A stretch of 64,000 nt of DNA from the IMG/VR virus record IMGVR_UViG_3300032236_000718, positions 32,001 to 96,000 of that record; one strand, written 5' to 3'. Positions 30,934-40,676 of the stretch are shown piece after piece. Made by a program: the position numbers and the translations under genes. The stretch is from a virus. Positions within the stretch are counted from its first letter, which is position 1, and each line of letters starts with the position of its first letter. The notes under the pieces are model-generated. The model had not been told where the DNA came from. It did no database searches and saw only the letters and a program-made list of their open reading frames with translations.

Positions 30934-33622
30934 ATTTCTGTAGTCCTGCGGACTCTTTTAGTCTATAAGCTAATGGGTAGTCCTTACCAGGGACAAATGC
31001 TATAGTGTCTGTGTCAGCCTTAGCTCCACTAGAATTCTGTAGAATTATAGGAAGAGCTGTATTCTTCTTACTCTGTTCATATGCTGCTGTCACTGCTGCG
31101 GCATTGCCCATGATGTTACCATCATTCTTATTAGAAGTTACTAGAGTAGAAGACTTATTACCGATATTATAGATGCTCTGGGCATAATTCGGATCAGTTG
31201 CATATCCGGCCGCGGCTATAGCTGTTGCAGCCTCAGCAAACGACTTGGCATTTAATACACCAGCGTATCTATTATTCTTAGTGATAAAGTCTACATATCC
31301 CTCGGCTGACTCCTCGAGACTATTATATGCAGCAAAGCTTTGTGACATGCTCGTGTAGCCGCCACCCGAGAACTCACTGGTCATTGCTGAGACACTTCCT
31401 GCGGTGCCCTGACCCTTTATTCCAAAGGCATTGTTGCCCACCATATGTCGACCATACCCAGTCTCCTGCGCGCTCTGTGCGGCGCCAAGCTGTGCTATGA
31501 TCTCAGGATTTGGTAGACCCTTAGCTTTTGCAGCAGCCAGCACTGAGTTATACATTTTATTGTACCACTCACCCTGGCTTCCATTAAATGGTGTGCTCTT
31601 GACATTTGTGTCCAGTGTTGGGTTACCATAACTTGCTCCCACGGACCCGCCCGTGAGGCCAGATAAATTACTAGACCCTGACATGTTTAGACTACTAGAT
31701 ATACCAGAGAATGGGTTACTAAATGAAGCAGTTGCTCCACCCGAGACTACACCTTCACTACTAGAGCCAACAACAGAAGTCTTCTCAGAGCTTCCCTCAC
31801 CATAGTCGAATATGAATGACTTAGCGTTGAACTCAATATTTTTAGCATTAAAGTTCAGGCTTGTTAGTCTCTCGCTCTCACTAGCAGACAGTGGTATTAT
31901 AAGTTCACGACCATGTAGAGTGACAGGGTATCCTTCCTCAGGACCATCAGATATACCACCGTCTCTGAAACCTTTAGTTATAGTATCGAGTAAAGTTCCT
32001 TCACCACTAAAGTCTGGTAAAAAGCTTCTAATGTCTTCTAGTAGACGCTGACCAGAAGTTTTATTTAAACGTTCTTTTAGTTGTGCAGCTCTCTCTTTGT
32101 TTATCTTATCATCTAGCGCGTTATTGTATATAAAGTCACGCATGTCGTTATAGTAGACATTTGTTTGACCTTTACTTGCTGCGCTAGCTCGTCTAAGCTT
32201 CTTAGCCTCGTCTGACTTTTCCCATTCCTCGACGGCCTTATAACCTTTATTTGCTTTATCAAATGATTGTCTAGCCAGAGTCTTAAACTCTTCAAACTCT
32301 TTTAAGAAATATTCCTTGAATATCTCTATCTTTGTATCATAGTCGGGATCTGTTAAAGGATCTGTTCCTCCGAACATATCCATATAGATCTCTCTAGCAG
32401 CTTCTCCAGCATCGATCGCTAGTGAGGCAAGTGTTCCTATGTAAGGCAACACTGCTGCACCTCCACTAATAACGTTAGCAAAAAATCCAGTAAAATCCCA
32501 TTTATTAAGTCGCTCTAGACCAAAAGCTACTCCAAATAATGCACCAATTCCAATAGGCATAGCAAGACTGGCTGCTTTAGCAACTTGTTTTTTAACTAAA
32601 ATAGTTAAAAGTGTCTTATCTAGTTTGGCCATGACTTCTTGTCTGGATTTTGCCTGTAATACTCTCTCTACAGTTTGTCTAGATAAGAATGCACCTTTTT
32701 TAGTGCTAGTCACACCAATATCTTTTAGTGCAGCTTCTTGCTCAGCAGTAATTCCACCCTTAACAACCCAACCACCACCAGTAGTATGCTCGATTGCACC
32801 AGATGCTATAAGCTCGGATGTAACTACTGGCTTACCTATAATCTTCTCTGCATCAGCTAGTGTCTGCTTAGCTCCATTTAACTTACGAGAAAGTCTTAGC
32901 GCCTCTGCCTTTGAAGCAGTCTCTTCTGCTACAGTGTCGAGTGCTCTCTGCTCTGATCTTGCTATGCGGGCTTCTCTTTTTGCTTCCTCAGCGCGTGCTC
33001 TCTCCTCGACAGCTTTAGTGATTCTAGTCTGAGCTTGTCTCTCTTCTTTTGCAGCTTGTCGAGATTCTTTGCCTGCAGCTTCTGCTTCAGCTCTTGACTT
33101 TTGTGCATCAGCGATCGCCTTCTCTGCATCAATCTCTGCCTTAGCTGCTTTAGCCTCTGCCTTTGAAGCATCACGCTCTGCCTTGAGAGCCTTTGACTCG
33201 GCTTCACTCTTGATAGATTTAGCCTCTGCCTCTATTCTTCTCTCTGTCTCTTTTAAAATCTTCTTAGCAGCATTCTCTTCTGCTCTCTGCTCTGCCATCT
33301 TAGCTAATTTATCACGTAACTTCTTCCCAAGCAAGTTTAGTAATGAGTCATCTCCACCTGCTTCCTCTCTTACACCATTTTGAAGTATGTTAACAGCCAT
33401 AGACTGCTTACTAACTATAACACGAAGAGTCTCATTCATGATTCTAAATGCAGCACCGTATTCTTGAGCACGGTTGTCCGCTCTAGCTATAGTTCTTCTG
33501 CTTTCTTGGAATGCTTGGTTATACTTCTCATTAACAGTATTCAGAGCTGCATCTAGTGAGCTTAGTGCGGTGCTCACGTCACTTAATGACTCATTCTCTG
33601 ACTGTGTTTTTAAATTATCCAT
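30932..33622 (-). CDS. Tape-measure-like/tail core protein with C-terminal GH73 (FlgJ-like) glucosaminidase
   Basis: Long Ala/Lys/Glu coiled coil, TM-like segment, GGISDGP..GY..LHGRE motif, AQSAQETGYG, NNAFGIKG, GYATDPNYA. Confidence 0.8.
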   Translation of the reverse strand: MDNLKTQSENESLSDVSTALSSLDAALNTVNEKYNQAFQESRRTIARADNRAQEYGAAFRIMNETLRVIVSKQSMAVNILQNGVREEAGGDDSLLNLLGKKLRDKLAKMAEQRAEENAAKKILKETERRIEAEAKSIKSEAESKALKAERDASKAEAKAAKAEIDAEKAIADAQKSRAEAEAAGKESRQAAKEERQAQTRITKAVEERARAEEAKREARIARSEQRALDTVAEETASKAEALRLSRKLNGAKQTLADAEKIIGKPVVTSELIASGAIEHTTGGGWVVKGGITAEQEAALKDIGVTSTKKGAFLSRQTVERVLQAKSRQEVMAKLDKTLLTILVKKQVAKAASLAMPIGIGALFGVAFGLERLNKWDFTGFFANVISGGAAVLPYIGTLASLAIDAGEAAREIYMDMFGGTDPLTDPDYDTKIEIFKEYFLKEFEEFKTLARQSFDKANKGYKAVEEWEKSDEAKKLRRASAASKGQTNVYYNDMRDFIYNNALDDKINKERAAQLKERLNKTSGQRLLEDIRSFLPDFSGEGTLLDTITKGFRDGGISDGPEEGYPVTLHGRELIIPLSASESERLTSLNFNAKNIEFNAKSFIFDYGEGSSEKTSVVGSSSEGVVSGGATASFSNPFSGISSSLNMSGSSNLSGLTGGSVGASYGNPTLDTNVKSTPFNGSQGEWYNKMYNSVLAAAKAKGLPNPEIIAQLGAAQSAQETGYGRHMVGNNAFGIKGQGTAGSVSAMTSEFSGGGYTSMSQSFAAYNSLEESAEGYVDFITKNNRYAGVLNAKSFAEAATAIAAAGYATDPNYAQSIYNIGNKSSTLVTSNKNDGNIMGNAAAVTAAYEQSKKNTALPIILQNSSGAKADTDTIAFVPGKDYPLAYRLKESAGLQK

Positions 33623-35616
33623 TATCTTACTTCATCATGATTAGAATATGAGAGATTTATTGCAGGTCCAAATAATTCTTTGTATAATATGTGGGCATCG
33701 TCGGGCTCAACATTTCCTGCTATGTTAGGATTCTTTAACTTTGCAGGAATAGCTGCCTGATAGTTTGGATCTGGAGGAGAAGAAGTAGCAGATACTATAG
33801 TAGGAACAGGAGCAGAACTAGGAGCGCTGACACTCATACTTGATGAAGACACTGTCGACAGAGTAGATCCTTTTGTCGGGGCACTCATGACAAAACTACC
33901 AGAAGAGGTAGATGGAGCTTCTGCAGGAGGTGACATACTAGATCCCGATGGGATAAACATGTCCCCAGATCCACCCTCTCTAGGCATAGCAGAGAAGTGC
34001 ATAGGATCTTTATTGCTATTCCATAACATTCCCCAACCAAGGCCAAAAGATCGTGCTACCATTCCTATTGTACTAGGAAGTGTAGTCTTTGTAGATCCGT
34101 TTGGATTCTCTGATGGATTAATATCGAGAGCTGCCCCGTACGCGTGGGCACTTACTTTAGTACCATCATTTACATTCATTCTGGCTTCGTAGCCACCTAG
34201 TGCCTTGATATAACCAGGGTTATATTGATCTAGATAGTCTACAAGTCCTTGGAATCTGTCTTTGTACTGAGCTGCTACCTTTGCAGATGCTCCAGTCTTT
34301 GACTTTACAGTCGCTAATTCTGGCGGAGGGGGCATAAAGTTGCCTAGTCCACCGCCTCCATTGTTACCACCAGTACTAGAACCGGGTAGTGTTTTATTAC
34401 CGCCATAACCTTGATTATCACTCTCAGTTACGCCAGTCTGCTTAAACAGCATTCCATCAGCATTAAAAGTTATTCTATCCGCGTTGATATCGACATTTTT
34501 ATCACCGGCAGTATCTTCACGCTTACCGAGTTTTTTAAGTTCTGGATTTATAACATTAGCATCATTATCACTTTTAATCTGGAACTTAGGAGTTAGTTCT
34601 CCCTCTTGAGCTACATAGTCGGCTGACCTTACTGCAAAGTCCTTCACACCATACTTTTGTGCTACACTAGTCTTATAAGTGTTTAGATTCTCTCCAAGAT
34701 CACCGGCTTTTGCCTGCTGCTCGGATGTCATATTGTTATATGCACTTATCATATTAGCAGAGCCAGCCTCGAACTCACGAGTGGCTGCCATAGTTCTCTC
34801 AGATAAATTACTTCCTGTGTCTGATACTGTTTGTATAGATGGATTTACCTTAGTAGCATCAGCAGTCTGTATAGGTAAAACAATTTCAGGAGTTATCGAG
34901 TCATTCGCACTAATATTTTCTTCTGGAGCAGGAGGAGCTGGTGTTAAATTCTCTGATACTGGAATCGGCTTCTCTTTAGTGTCTCCTGATAACCACTTTA
35001 GTGCATATGGAATTGCCTCGGCTGCACCTACACCTAGTATTCCACCAAGTAGACCTCCGACTAAACTCTTACCTAATCCTCCACCCTGACTACCTACACC
35101 TCCCTTTGAGATGATTTGCCCGAGAAGACCAAGCATCTTGGTCATCTCTAGGTTTAGCTGCATTAGTAAATTATTAGTCTCGTTTAGCTGCTCAGACACA
35201 TACTGCATGTTTGTGTCTAAGTTTTGGCTAGTCTTTCTATTCTCGTCTTCTTCGTCCTTTAATTCCTGTAAAAATACAGATAGTTTTGGAAACATCGCGG
35301 CAAAAAGATTACGACCAAACTTTCTAGCAGCTCTACCGAATATACCTCTTTTCTTTGGCGTTTTTGGCTCATCGCCTCCAGAAGTATCAGATACTTTCTC
35401 GGCGTCTACTGCATCTTCAACTTCAGGTGGCTTCGGAAGCTTCTTATTAGCCTTAGTCTCTTGAGCCTCGGCTTGTTGCATAGACAGTTGCTCCCTGATA
35501 GTATCGGCCATCTTGCCGCCTATCTTGGTATTCAACTCGTCTATTACGTCACCTTCTTCATTTAAGGTGTATTTACGTCCTAGCCAGTTAACAACATTTT
35601 GATTTTTACTGGCCAT
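33622..35616 (-). CDS. Tail-associated protein with M15-family peptidoglycan peptidase
   Basis: GGYEAR...SAHAYGAALDINP...WG..W..KDPMHFS. Confidence 0.8.
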   Translation of the reverse strand: MASKNQNVVNWLGRKYTLNEEGDVIDELNTKIGGKMADTIREQLSMQQAEAQETKANKKLPKPPEVEDAVDAEKVSDTSGGDEPKTPKKRGIFGRAARKFGRNLFAAMFPKLSVFLQELKDEEDENRKTSQNLDTNMQYVSEQLNETNNLLMQLNLEMTKMLGLLGQIISKGGVGSQGGGLGKSLVGGLLGGILGVGAAEAIPYALKWLSGDTKEKPIPVSENLTPAPPAPEENISANDSITPEIVLPIQTADATKVNPSIQTVSDTGSNLSERTMAATREFEAGSANMISAYNNMTSEQQAKAGDLGENLNTYKTSVAQKYGVKDFAVRSADYVAQEGELTPKFQIKSDNDANVINPELKKLGKREDTAGDKNVDINADRITFNADGMLFKQTGVTESDNQGYGGNKTLPGSSTGGNNGGGGLGNFMPPPPELATVKSKTGASAKVAAQYKDRFQGLVDYLDQYNPGYIKALGGYEARMNVNDGTKVSAHAYGAALDINPSENPNGSTKTTLPSTIGMVARSFGLGWGMLWNSNKDPMHFSAMPREGGSGDMFIPSGSSMSPPAEAPSTSSGSFVMSAPTKGSTLSTVSSSSMSVSAPSSAPVPTIVSATSSPPDPNYQAAIPAKLKNPNIAGNVEPDDAHILYKELFGPAINLSYSNHDEVR

Positions 35617-36112
35617 TTATCTTAGCTAACTTTTCCTGTCCACGCATGAAGCTTGTGACACCAAGAATTGCGCCGAACGCCAAGTGTATTAAACCACCGT
35701 TAGATAAGGTTAAGCTCTGCCATGGAGTATAGGTAAATTGTACACCTAGTCCCTTAAATATTACTGGCAAGAACATGGTGATTAATGGGAATCCTATAAA
35801 GTCCATAAAGCATATTCCCATATAGAGCCATCCCATTGCTGGACGCCAGTATGCTTTTACCCAATGCTCTTCTTCTTTCTCTAGTTGCTGCTCGACAATC
35901 TCTTTGTCGATAGATGTCTGTGCTAGACCCACTGACGCTTGCGCCTGTGCAGTAGCTTGAACAGAAGCCATCTGGACTGTCTGCTGAGCCATATTAGAAG
36001 AATTCTGGTTATTATTGTTATTCACATCAATTACTGTAACTGCTGGAGCAGGTGCGGGTGCAACTGGTGCAGGATCAGTATTTTGATCATCTGGTTTTGC
36101 AAATTTAGCCAT
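35606..36112 (-). CDS. 3-TM holin-like membrane protein (GTA-holin family)
   Basis: WRPAMGWLYMGICFMDFIGFP, HLAFGAILGV..F.RGQEK. Confidence 0.7.
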   Translation of the reverse strand: MAKFAKPDDQNTDPAPVAPAPAPAVTVIDVNNNNNQNSSNMAQQTVQMASVQATAQAQASVGLAQTSIDKEIVEQQLEKEEEHWVKAYWRPAMGWLYMGICFMDFIGFPLITMFLPVIFKGLGVQFTYTPWQSLTLSNGGLIHLAFGAILGVTSFMRGQEKLAKINGQ

Positions 36113-36290
36113 TCGCGTGTTTCCTCTGTTCTTCGACCTCTTTCAGGTGTCGCATTATCATCTCTACGTAGAGGTCACGCTCAAATGGTATAAGATTCTC
36201 TACTTCAGTCATTGTGTATTTATGGTGCTGAGCCAACGAGAATACAGTGGTATAGTAGTTCTCTAAGTTGTTGTGGTTCAGCGCAGCGTA
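36105..36290 (-). CDS. 51: gp51-like baseplate hub assembly chaperone (not in ORF track; probably reached by -1 frameshift from gp26)
   Basis: YAALNHNNLENYYTTVFSLAQHHKYTMTEVENLIPFERDLYVEMIMRHLKEVEEQRKHANG; frame opens only at the T7 run. Confidence 0.8.
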   Translation of the reverse strand, partial: YAALNHNNLENYYTTVFSLAQHHKYTMTEVENLIPFERDLYVEMIMRHLKEVEEQRKHANG

Positions 36291-36982
36291 AAAAAATCAG
36301 ATAACGTTGTCAGTTCAATCTCTCGGTCATTTCCAAGGGAGTTCTTATATTTAATTACGTATGATAATTTTGGCTGATTTGCCATAAATTCTCTGACCTG
36401 CTCAAAGGTCTTGATGTCAAGATCCTCTAGATAATCTGCAATTTCTTGTAGAGTATATTGTGAGCAGTCATAGATCTCGTCACCGTCATAGATCTTGTCG
36501 ACACATCTAACAATTAATTGGAAGAATGCCTCATTTCCTGAATTTAGGAATTCCTTGTCATCATATAGAGTGACCTTAGGATACTTTAATTGTATACCGG
36601 CAGTCTTAGTGATTTTAATGACATTCTTAACATTCTCTGGAAATATCACCTCGACCTTCTTTAGGTCTATATCAAAGTCATAAATCTTATCGTCTTCTTT
36701 ATCCTTATAGGATACGCTTACAGTATCATTGACTGAGTTTGCTCTAATCTGAATAAAAAGATACTCCAAGTCAAACAGTGATAGAGAGTTTACGTCAAAC
36801 TCGTCCATGCAGCAGTTATTAACGATTTGCTTTATTGCTTGTAAGATATCACCCTCGTCTTCACTATCCTTGGCCATAAGGAGTAGCTTCTCTTCTTTAA
36901 CAAGGAATGGTCTAAACGTCAATTTCTGCTTTGAGCTTGGTACAACAAGTTGAAATTGGGGGTGCATAGTCTTAGGTAACAT
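36278..36982 (-). CDS. 26: Baseplate hub assembly protein gp26
   Basis: MLPK...PSSKQKLTFRPFLVKEEKLLL, FDLEYLFIQIRANSV, LSDFF; start after GGAG. Confidence 0.9.
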   Translation of the reverse strand: MLPKTMHPQFQLVVPSSKQKLTFRPFLVKEEKLLLMAKDSEDEGDILQAIKQIVNNCCMDEFDVNSLSLFDLEYLFIQIRANSVNDTVSVSYKDKEDDKIYDFDIDLKKVEVIFPENVKNVIKITKTAGIQLKYPKVTLYDDKEFLNSGNEAFFQLIVRCVDKIYDGDEIYDCSQYTLQEIADYLEDLDIKTFEQVREFMANQPKLSYVIKYKNSLGNDREIELTTLSDFFTLR

Positions 36983-37008
36983 AGTATACTCCAATATCTA
37001 AAATTCAG

Positions 37009-37728
37009 TTATCTTAATATCCAATTCTGTATAGCATCGCCGACAACATATGCGGCACTAGTAGGATTCTGAGCTACTCTCAGTAGAGTATCTAGTGTTA
37101 TCATACCACCTCCACCGGTGATATTAGCAGAATCAACTTTCCAATTCTTAAATGTAAACCCAACTGTAATTTTCATTAGTGAGTTTTGATTGCCCCAATC
37201 GAGACTTATATCATTCAGCGCATTAGGATAAGCATCATATAGTGTGACTTGTTTTGATAGAAAACCCTCTTGGTCAAAGACAAAAATATCTATGTCTGTC
37301 ACATAATTATCTTTATACTCTGCAGTGAAAACTGGATTTCTGAGATTTGTAGTAGTTCCTGCAAAGTCTATGATAGATGTCATCCATATATACATGTAGC
37401 GATATATAGAACTATTCTTATCAGCTATAAATGTTATGCTAGTGTCATTAAACTGTGCATTGTGAGGCATTTTCTCATTTACGCCAAGACCATATCTTCT
37501 CACATCATTTGTTTGTAAAACTAGACCTGGTATTCTTACCTGCTCTGCTCTAAACTGCATGAGTCTGCTTAAGCCAGTAGTGTCGATACCATCGCCGTTA
37601 AGTTCTGCTGTGTTTTGTAGAGTTCCCATCAGTACTCCAGAAGGTGGCATCATAACATAGAACTTACTATTAGGAAGTACTCCGTAGGCTCCTATATTAG
37701 AGCTAAAAGATGATATGTTAAATGCCAT
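37009..37728 (-). CDS. 54: Baseplate tail-tube initiator gp54-like
   Basis: Tube-fold motifs (VRIPG, TLYDAYP, ITVGFTFKNW); synteny with genes 2 and 4. Confidence 0.7.
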   Translation of the reverse strand: MAFNISSFSSNIGAYGVLPNSKFYVMMPPSGVLMGTLQNTAELNGDGIDTTGLSRLMQFRAEQVRIPGLVLQTNDVRRYGLGVNEKMPHNAQFNDTSITFIADKNSSIYRYMYIWMTSIIDFAGTTTNLRNPVFTAEYKDNYVTDIDIFVFDQEGFLSKQVTLYDAYPNALNDISLDWGNQNSLMKITVGFTFKNWKVDSANITGGGGMITLDTLLRVAQNPTSAAYVVGDAIQNWILR

Positions 37729-38333
37729 TATCTTACCTTACTGAGTGAATCTTTATAAACTGTAGCTGCAGTAGCTTTTTTAAATCTCTGCAGTGGTAAC
37801 ATCAATGCAGTATCCCAATTCTTAGGCTGCACATAAAGGTATTTATTGCCTTGTACTTGATCCCACAAATAGTGCTTCAGACATGGGGCAAAATGCTTAA
37901 ACTTAGATGAACTCTGTAAAATCTCATAGGATATTCTTAACTTTGTAGTATCATCATACTTCTTGTTGTTTGCAGTCTGGTATAATGCATCCATTAACTT
38001 AGCCCTTAGCATTGGGGGAAGATAGTGAAGATTAATTCCAAGGAATCCATCGGACTTAAATCCAATTGGGAACACTAATGGAAATGTATCATAGAATGGA
38101 AGACTATCTTTATGCTTAGGATCATAGAAGAACATATACATTTTACCGATAGACTTAATGTCAATCTTATCAACTACATTTTCTTTATCAGTAAAAGCTC
38201 TATTTGGATTTACATTCTGTGAAGAAAGTTTACTAGCAGAGTCCCTATACCAGTCACGAGCATCTTGTGTCTGGTTTGGTGTTATACCAGCATCAGATCC
38301 TGTAGTTGCAATTTGTGTAAAATAACTTGACAT
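37728..38333 (-). CDS. 2: DNA end protector gp2
   Basis: GKMYMFFYDPKHK..LPFYDTFPLV, GINLHYLPP..RAKL, LPLQRF. Confidence 0.93.
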   Translation of the reverse strand: MSSYFTQIATTGSDAGITPNQTQDARDWYRDSASKLSSQNVNPNRAFTDKENVVDKIDIKSIGKMYMFFYDPKHKDSLPFYDTFPLVFPIGFKSDGFLGINLHYLPPMLRAKLMDALYQTANNKKYDDTTKLRISYEILQSSSKFKHFAPCLKHYLWDQVQGNKYLYVQPKNWDTALMLPLQRFKKATAATVYKDSLSKVR

Positions 38334-38776
38334 TAGAAGTTTATGTTCAACTCTCTTTCAGTGAATATATGGAAGCTCCAGTTTCTGTCTTCACAGAATG
38401 CCTTTGCAGCCTCCCACTTAGCATTATTTATTCCCCAAGTATAGACCTCATTTATGTACCTCTTAGTAGCTTTCTTTTGCACTACTGGCGGAACGGTCTG
38501 GGATGATGGCTTGACTTCAATGACTGCAACCTCAATCTTACCATCAGCATTCTTCTTCTTAACATAAAAGTCAGGAAAATATCTATGTATCCTCCCGTCC
38601 ACGGGAGACCTATAGGGTATACAAAATTCCTCAGATGACCATTGAATGATGTCTTTATGACTATCTAAGTACATCATTAGTTTAAGTTCCCAGCTGGATC
38701 TATAGATGATATTAGCTGGATCGCCCTTATACTTTTCTGGGTGTTTAGGCTTAAAGTATCCCTTGTGTGTCTTCAT
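38333..38776 (-). CDS. 4: Head completion nuclease gp4
   Basis: PKHPEKYKGD, IYRSSWE, WSSEE, HRYFPDF, IEVKP, NNAKWEAA; start at MKTHKG. Confidence 0.93.
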   Translation of the reverse strand: MKTHKGYFKPKHPEKYKGDPANIIYRSSWELKLMMYLDSHKDIIQWSSEEFCIPYRSPVDGRIHRYFPDFYVKKKNADGKIEVAVIEVKPSSQTVPPVVQKKATKRYINEVYTWGINNAKWEAAKAFCEDRNWSFHIFTERELNINF

Positions 38777-38794
38777 AAGATTGACCAATTTGCC

Positions 38795-38823
38795 TATAAA
38801 TAAACTATCAAACACTATTTATA
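38795..38823. promoter_or_regulatory. Face-to-face late promoters (TATAAATA + strand 38795; - strand 38816-38823)
   Basis: Exact consensus on each strand between divergent genes 4 and 48. Confidence 0.85.
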
Positions 38824-38835
38824 AGGTAACCTTAA

Positions 38836-39801
38836 ATGGATCCAGGTTCTATCCAACAATTTGCTCAAAGCCTTTTAAGGAATTCTAATGATCCTAATGT
38901 TGTCGCCAATCAAGTAGCTGGCGCCGGTACAAATACTACATTTCCACATGATTTAGTAAATCCAGGGACAGGTAGAAACTATTATATAGACATTCAGTTT
39001 CAAGAATATCAGAGAAGATCTATCTATGATAGGGCTAAATTAGTAGCCACTAGTGGAATACAGCTACCAATTCCTAATAATCTTAGAGATCAAACTGGCG
39101 CAAATTGGCAGACGGTTGATAGTACAAATCCAGCTACTGGAGCTGCAATTGAATCTTTCTTAAATTCAAATAAGAATGCGCAGTATTCTTCTGGTGATAT
39201 TCAGGGTAGTTTATTACAAGCCGGCTCAACAATTGCAAAAACTGTAAACGGTGCAGCGGCTGGGCTAGCATCTTCTGCTTTAGCAAAGGGGGCTAATTTT
39301 ATAGGTCAAGATAAATCTACTGCAGGACAATTAGGTTCATTATTTGGAGTAGCTCAAAATCCATTTATGACTATGCTATATCAGAGTCCAGCATTTAAGT
39401 CACATACATTTGAGTGGACACTTGCTCCAAGAAATAAGTCTGAGACTGAGACACTGAATAATATTATTCAACAGTTTAAGTCAAATATGTTACCAGATAT
39501 AGTACCTAATTTAGGTGGAACACTTCTTACATATCCTAATATGGCTAAAATCACGATATATCCAAGTGGTTATCTATATGACTTCAAGTACTGTGTTGTA
39601 AAGGATCTATCGATAAACTTTGCCCCAAGTGGACCTTCGTTCTTTAATGATTCTGGAGCTCCTACTCAGGTGATACTCAGTGTTAATCTACAAGAGATCG
39701 AGTGGTTCTCAAGAAGTGATATTACAGGAGTAGGTACTTCACCAGTTGGAGGAATTCCTGTAAATCAAGCACAAGACATTAGACCTGGTGGACACGTATA
39801 A
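38836..39801 (+). CDS. 48: Baseplate tail-tube cap gp48
   Basis: IQLPIP, NPFMTMLYQSPAFKSHTFEWTLAPRN, LTYP, LQEIE. Confidence 0.85.
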   Translation: MDPGSIQQFAQSLLRNSNDPNVVANQVAGAGTNTTFPHDLVNPGTGRNYYIDIQFQEYQRRSIYDRAKLVATSGIQLPIPNNLRDQTGANWQTVDSTNPATGAAIESFLNSNKNAQYSSGDIQGSLLQAGSTIAKTVNGAAAGLASSALAKGANFIGQDKSTAGQLGSLFGVAQNPFMTMLYQSPAFKSHTFEWTLAPRNKSETETLNNIIQQFKSNMLPDIVPNLGGTLLTYPNMAKITIYPSGYLYDFKYCVVKDLSINFAPSGPSFFNDSGAPTQVILSVNLQEIEWFSRSDITGVGTSPVGGIPVNQAQDIRPGGHV

Positions 39802-40676
39802 TGGCCGAGAAGTATTTCGCTAAATTTCCATTAATATCATATGCAAATAACGCCGCAGTTAACATTGTTGAGCGCGCTAAGATAACAGACAATGTTTTTA
39901 ATAATCCGTACGTATGGTACAAATATGACATAAGAAATTTTGAGAGACCTGACCAGATAGCCGACTTTTACTATAACGATGAGTTTATGGATTGGCTATT
40001 ATACCTCTCTAATCAAATAGTTGATCCCTACTATGAGTGGTATATGTCAGATGATGTATTTTTTGCTTACATAGTCAAGAAATACAATCTTGTTACTACA
40101 AATAATATAACACTACTACAAAACAAAGTACATAGCTATATTAATAACTGGTATAATGGTGAAAAGATTAGTATTTCTGACTATAATGCTCTTCCTACTA
40201 GCCAACATAGATATTGGCAGCCTACTTACACACAAAATGATGTAATAAATGGATATATTAGAAATAAAGTCGATTGGCAACTAAAAACTAACGCGATTGT
40301 TAGCTATGCTGTTAATACAGATGCTAAATTTATCGCAAATGAGATAGTTTTTATCAATTTTGACGCAAATAATGTCGGAAAAGCTCAAGTTTTACAGTCA
40401 AATTCATCATATGTGACAGTAAATCATGTTTCTGGACACATTTATAACACACCAAGCGGCTCAAGTTACATTTATGGTACAGAAAGTGCTGCAAATGTCG
40501 TATTTACATCAGTAGTCTCAATAGCAAATAATATTATCTCAGGTGAAGAGAGATATTGGGACGCACTTATGATATATGACATGGAAAGAGCAGCAAATGA
40601 GTCAAAAAAGAGCATTAAAGTACTCGATAGAACATATTCTATGCAAGTTTCTAAGACATTAACGAAGCTATTATGA
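39801..40676 (+). CDS. 53: Baseplate wedge gp53
   Basis: YFAKFPLISY, ERPDQIADFYY, N.IVDPYYEW, NESKKSIKVL. Confidence 0.88.
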   Translation: MAEKYFAKFPLISYANNAAVNIVERAKITDNVFNNPYVWYKYDIRNFERPDQIADFYYNDEFMDWLLYLSNQIVDPYYEWYMSDDVFFAYIVKKYNLVTTNNITLLQNKVHSYINNWYNGEKISISDYNALPTSQHRYWQPTYTQNDVINGYIRNKVDWQLKTNAIVSYAVNTDAKFIANEIVFINFDANNVGKAQVLQSNSSYVTVNHVSGHIYNTPSGSSYIYGTESAANVVFTSVVSIANNIISGEERYWDALMIYDMERAANESKKSIKVLDRTYSMQVSKTLTKLL

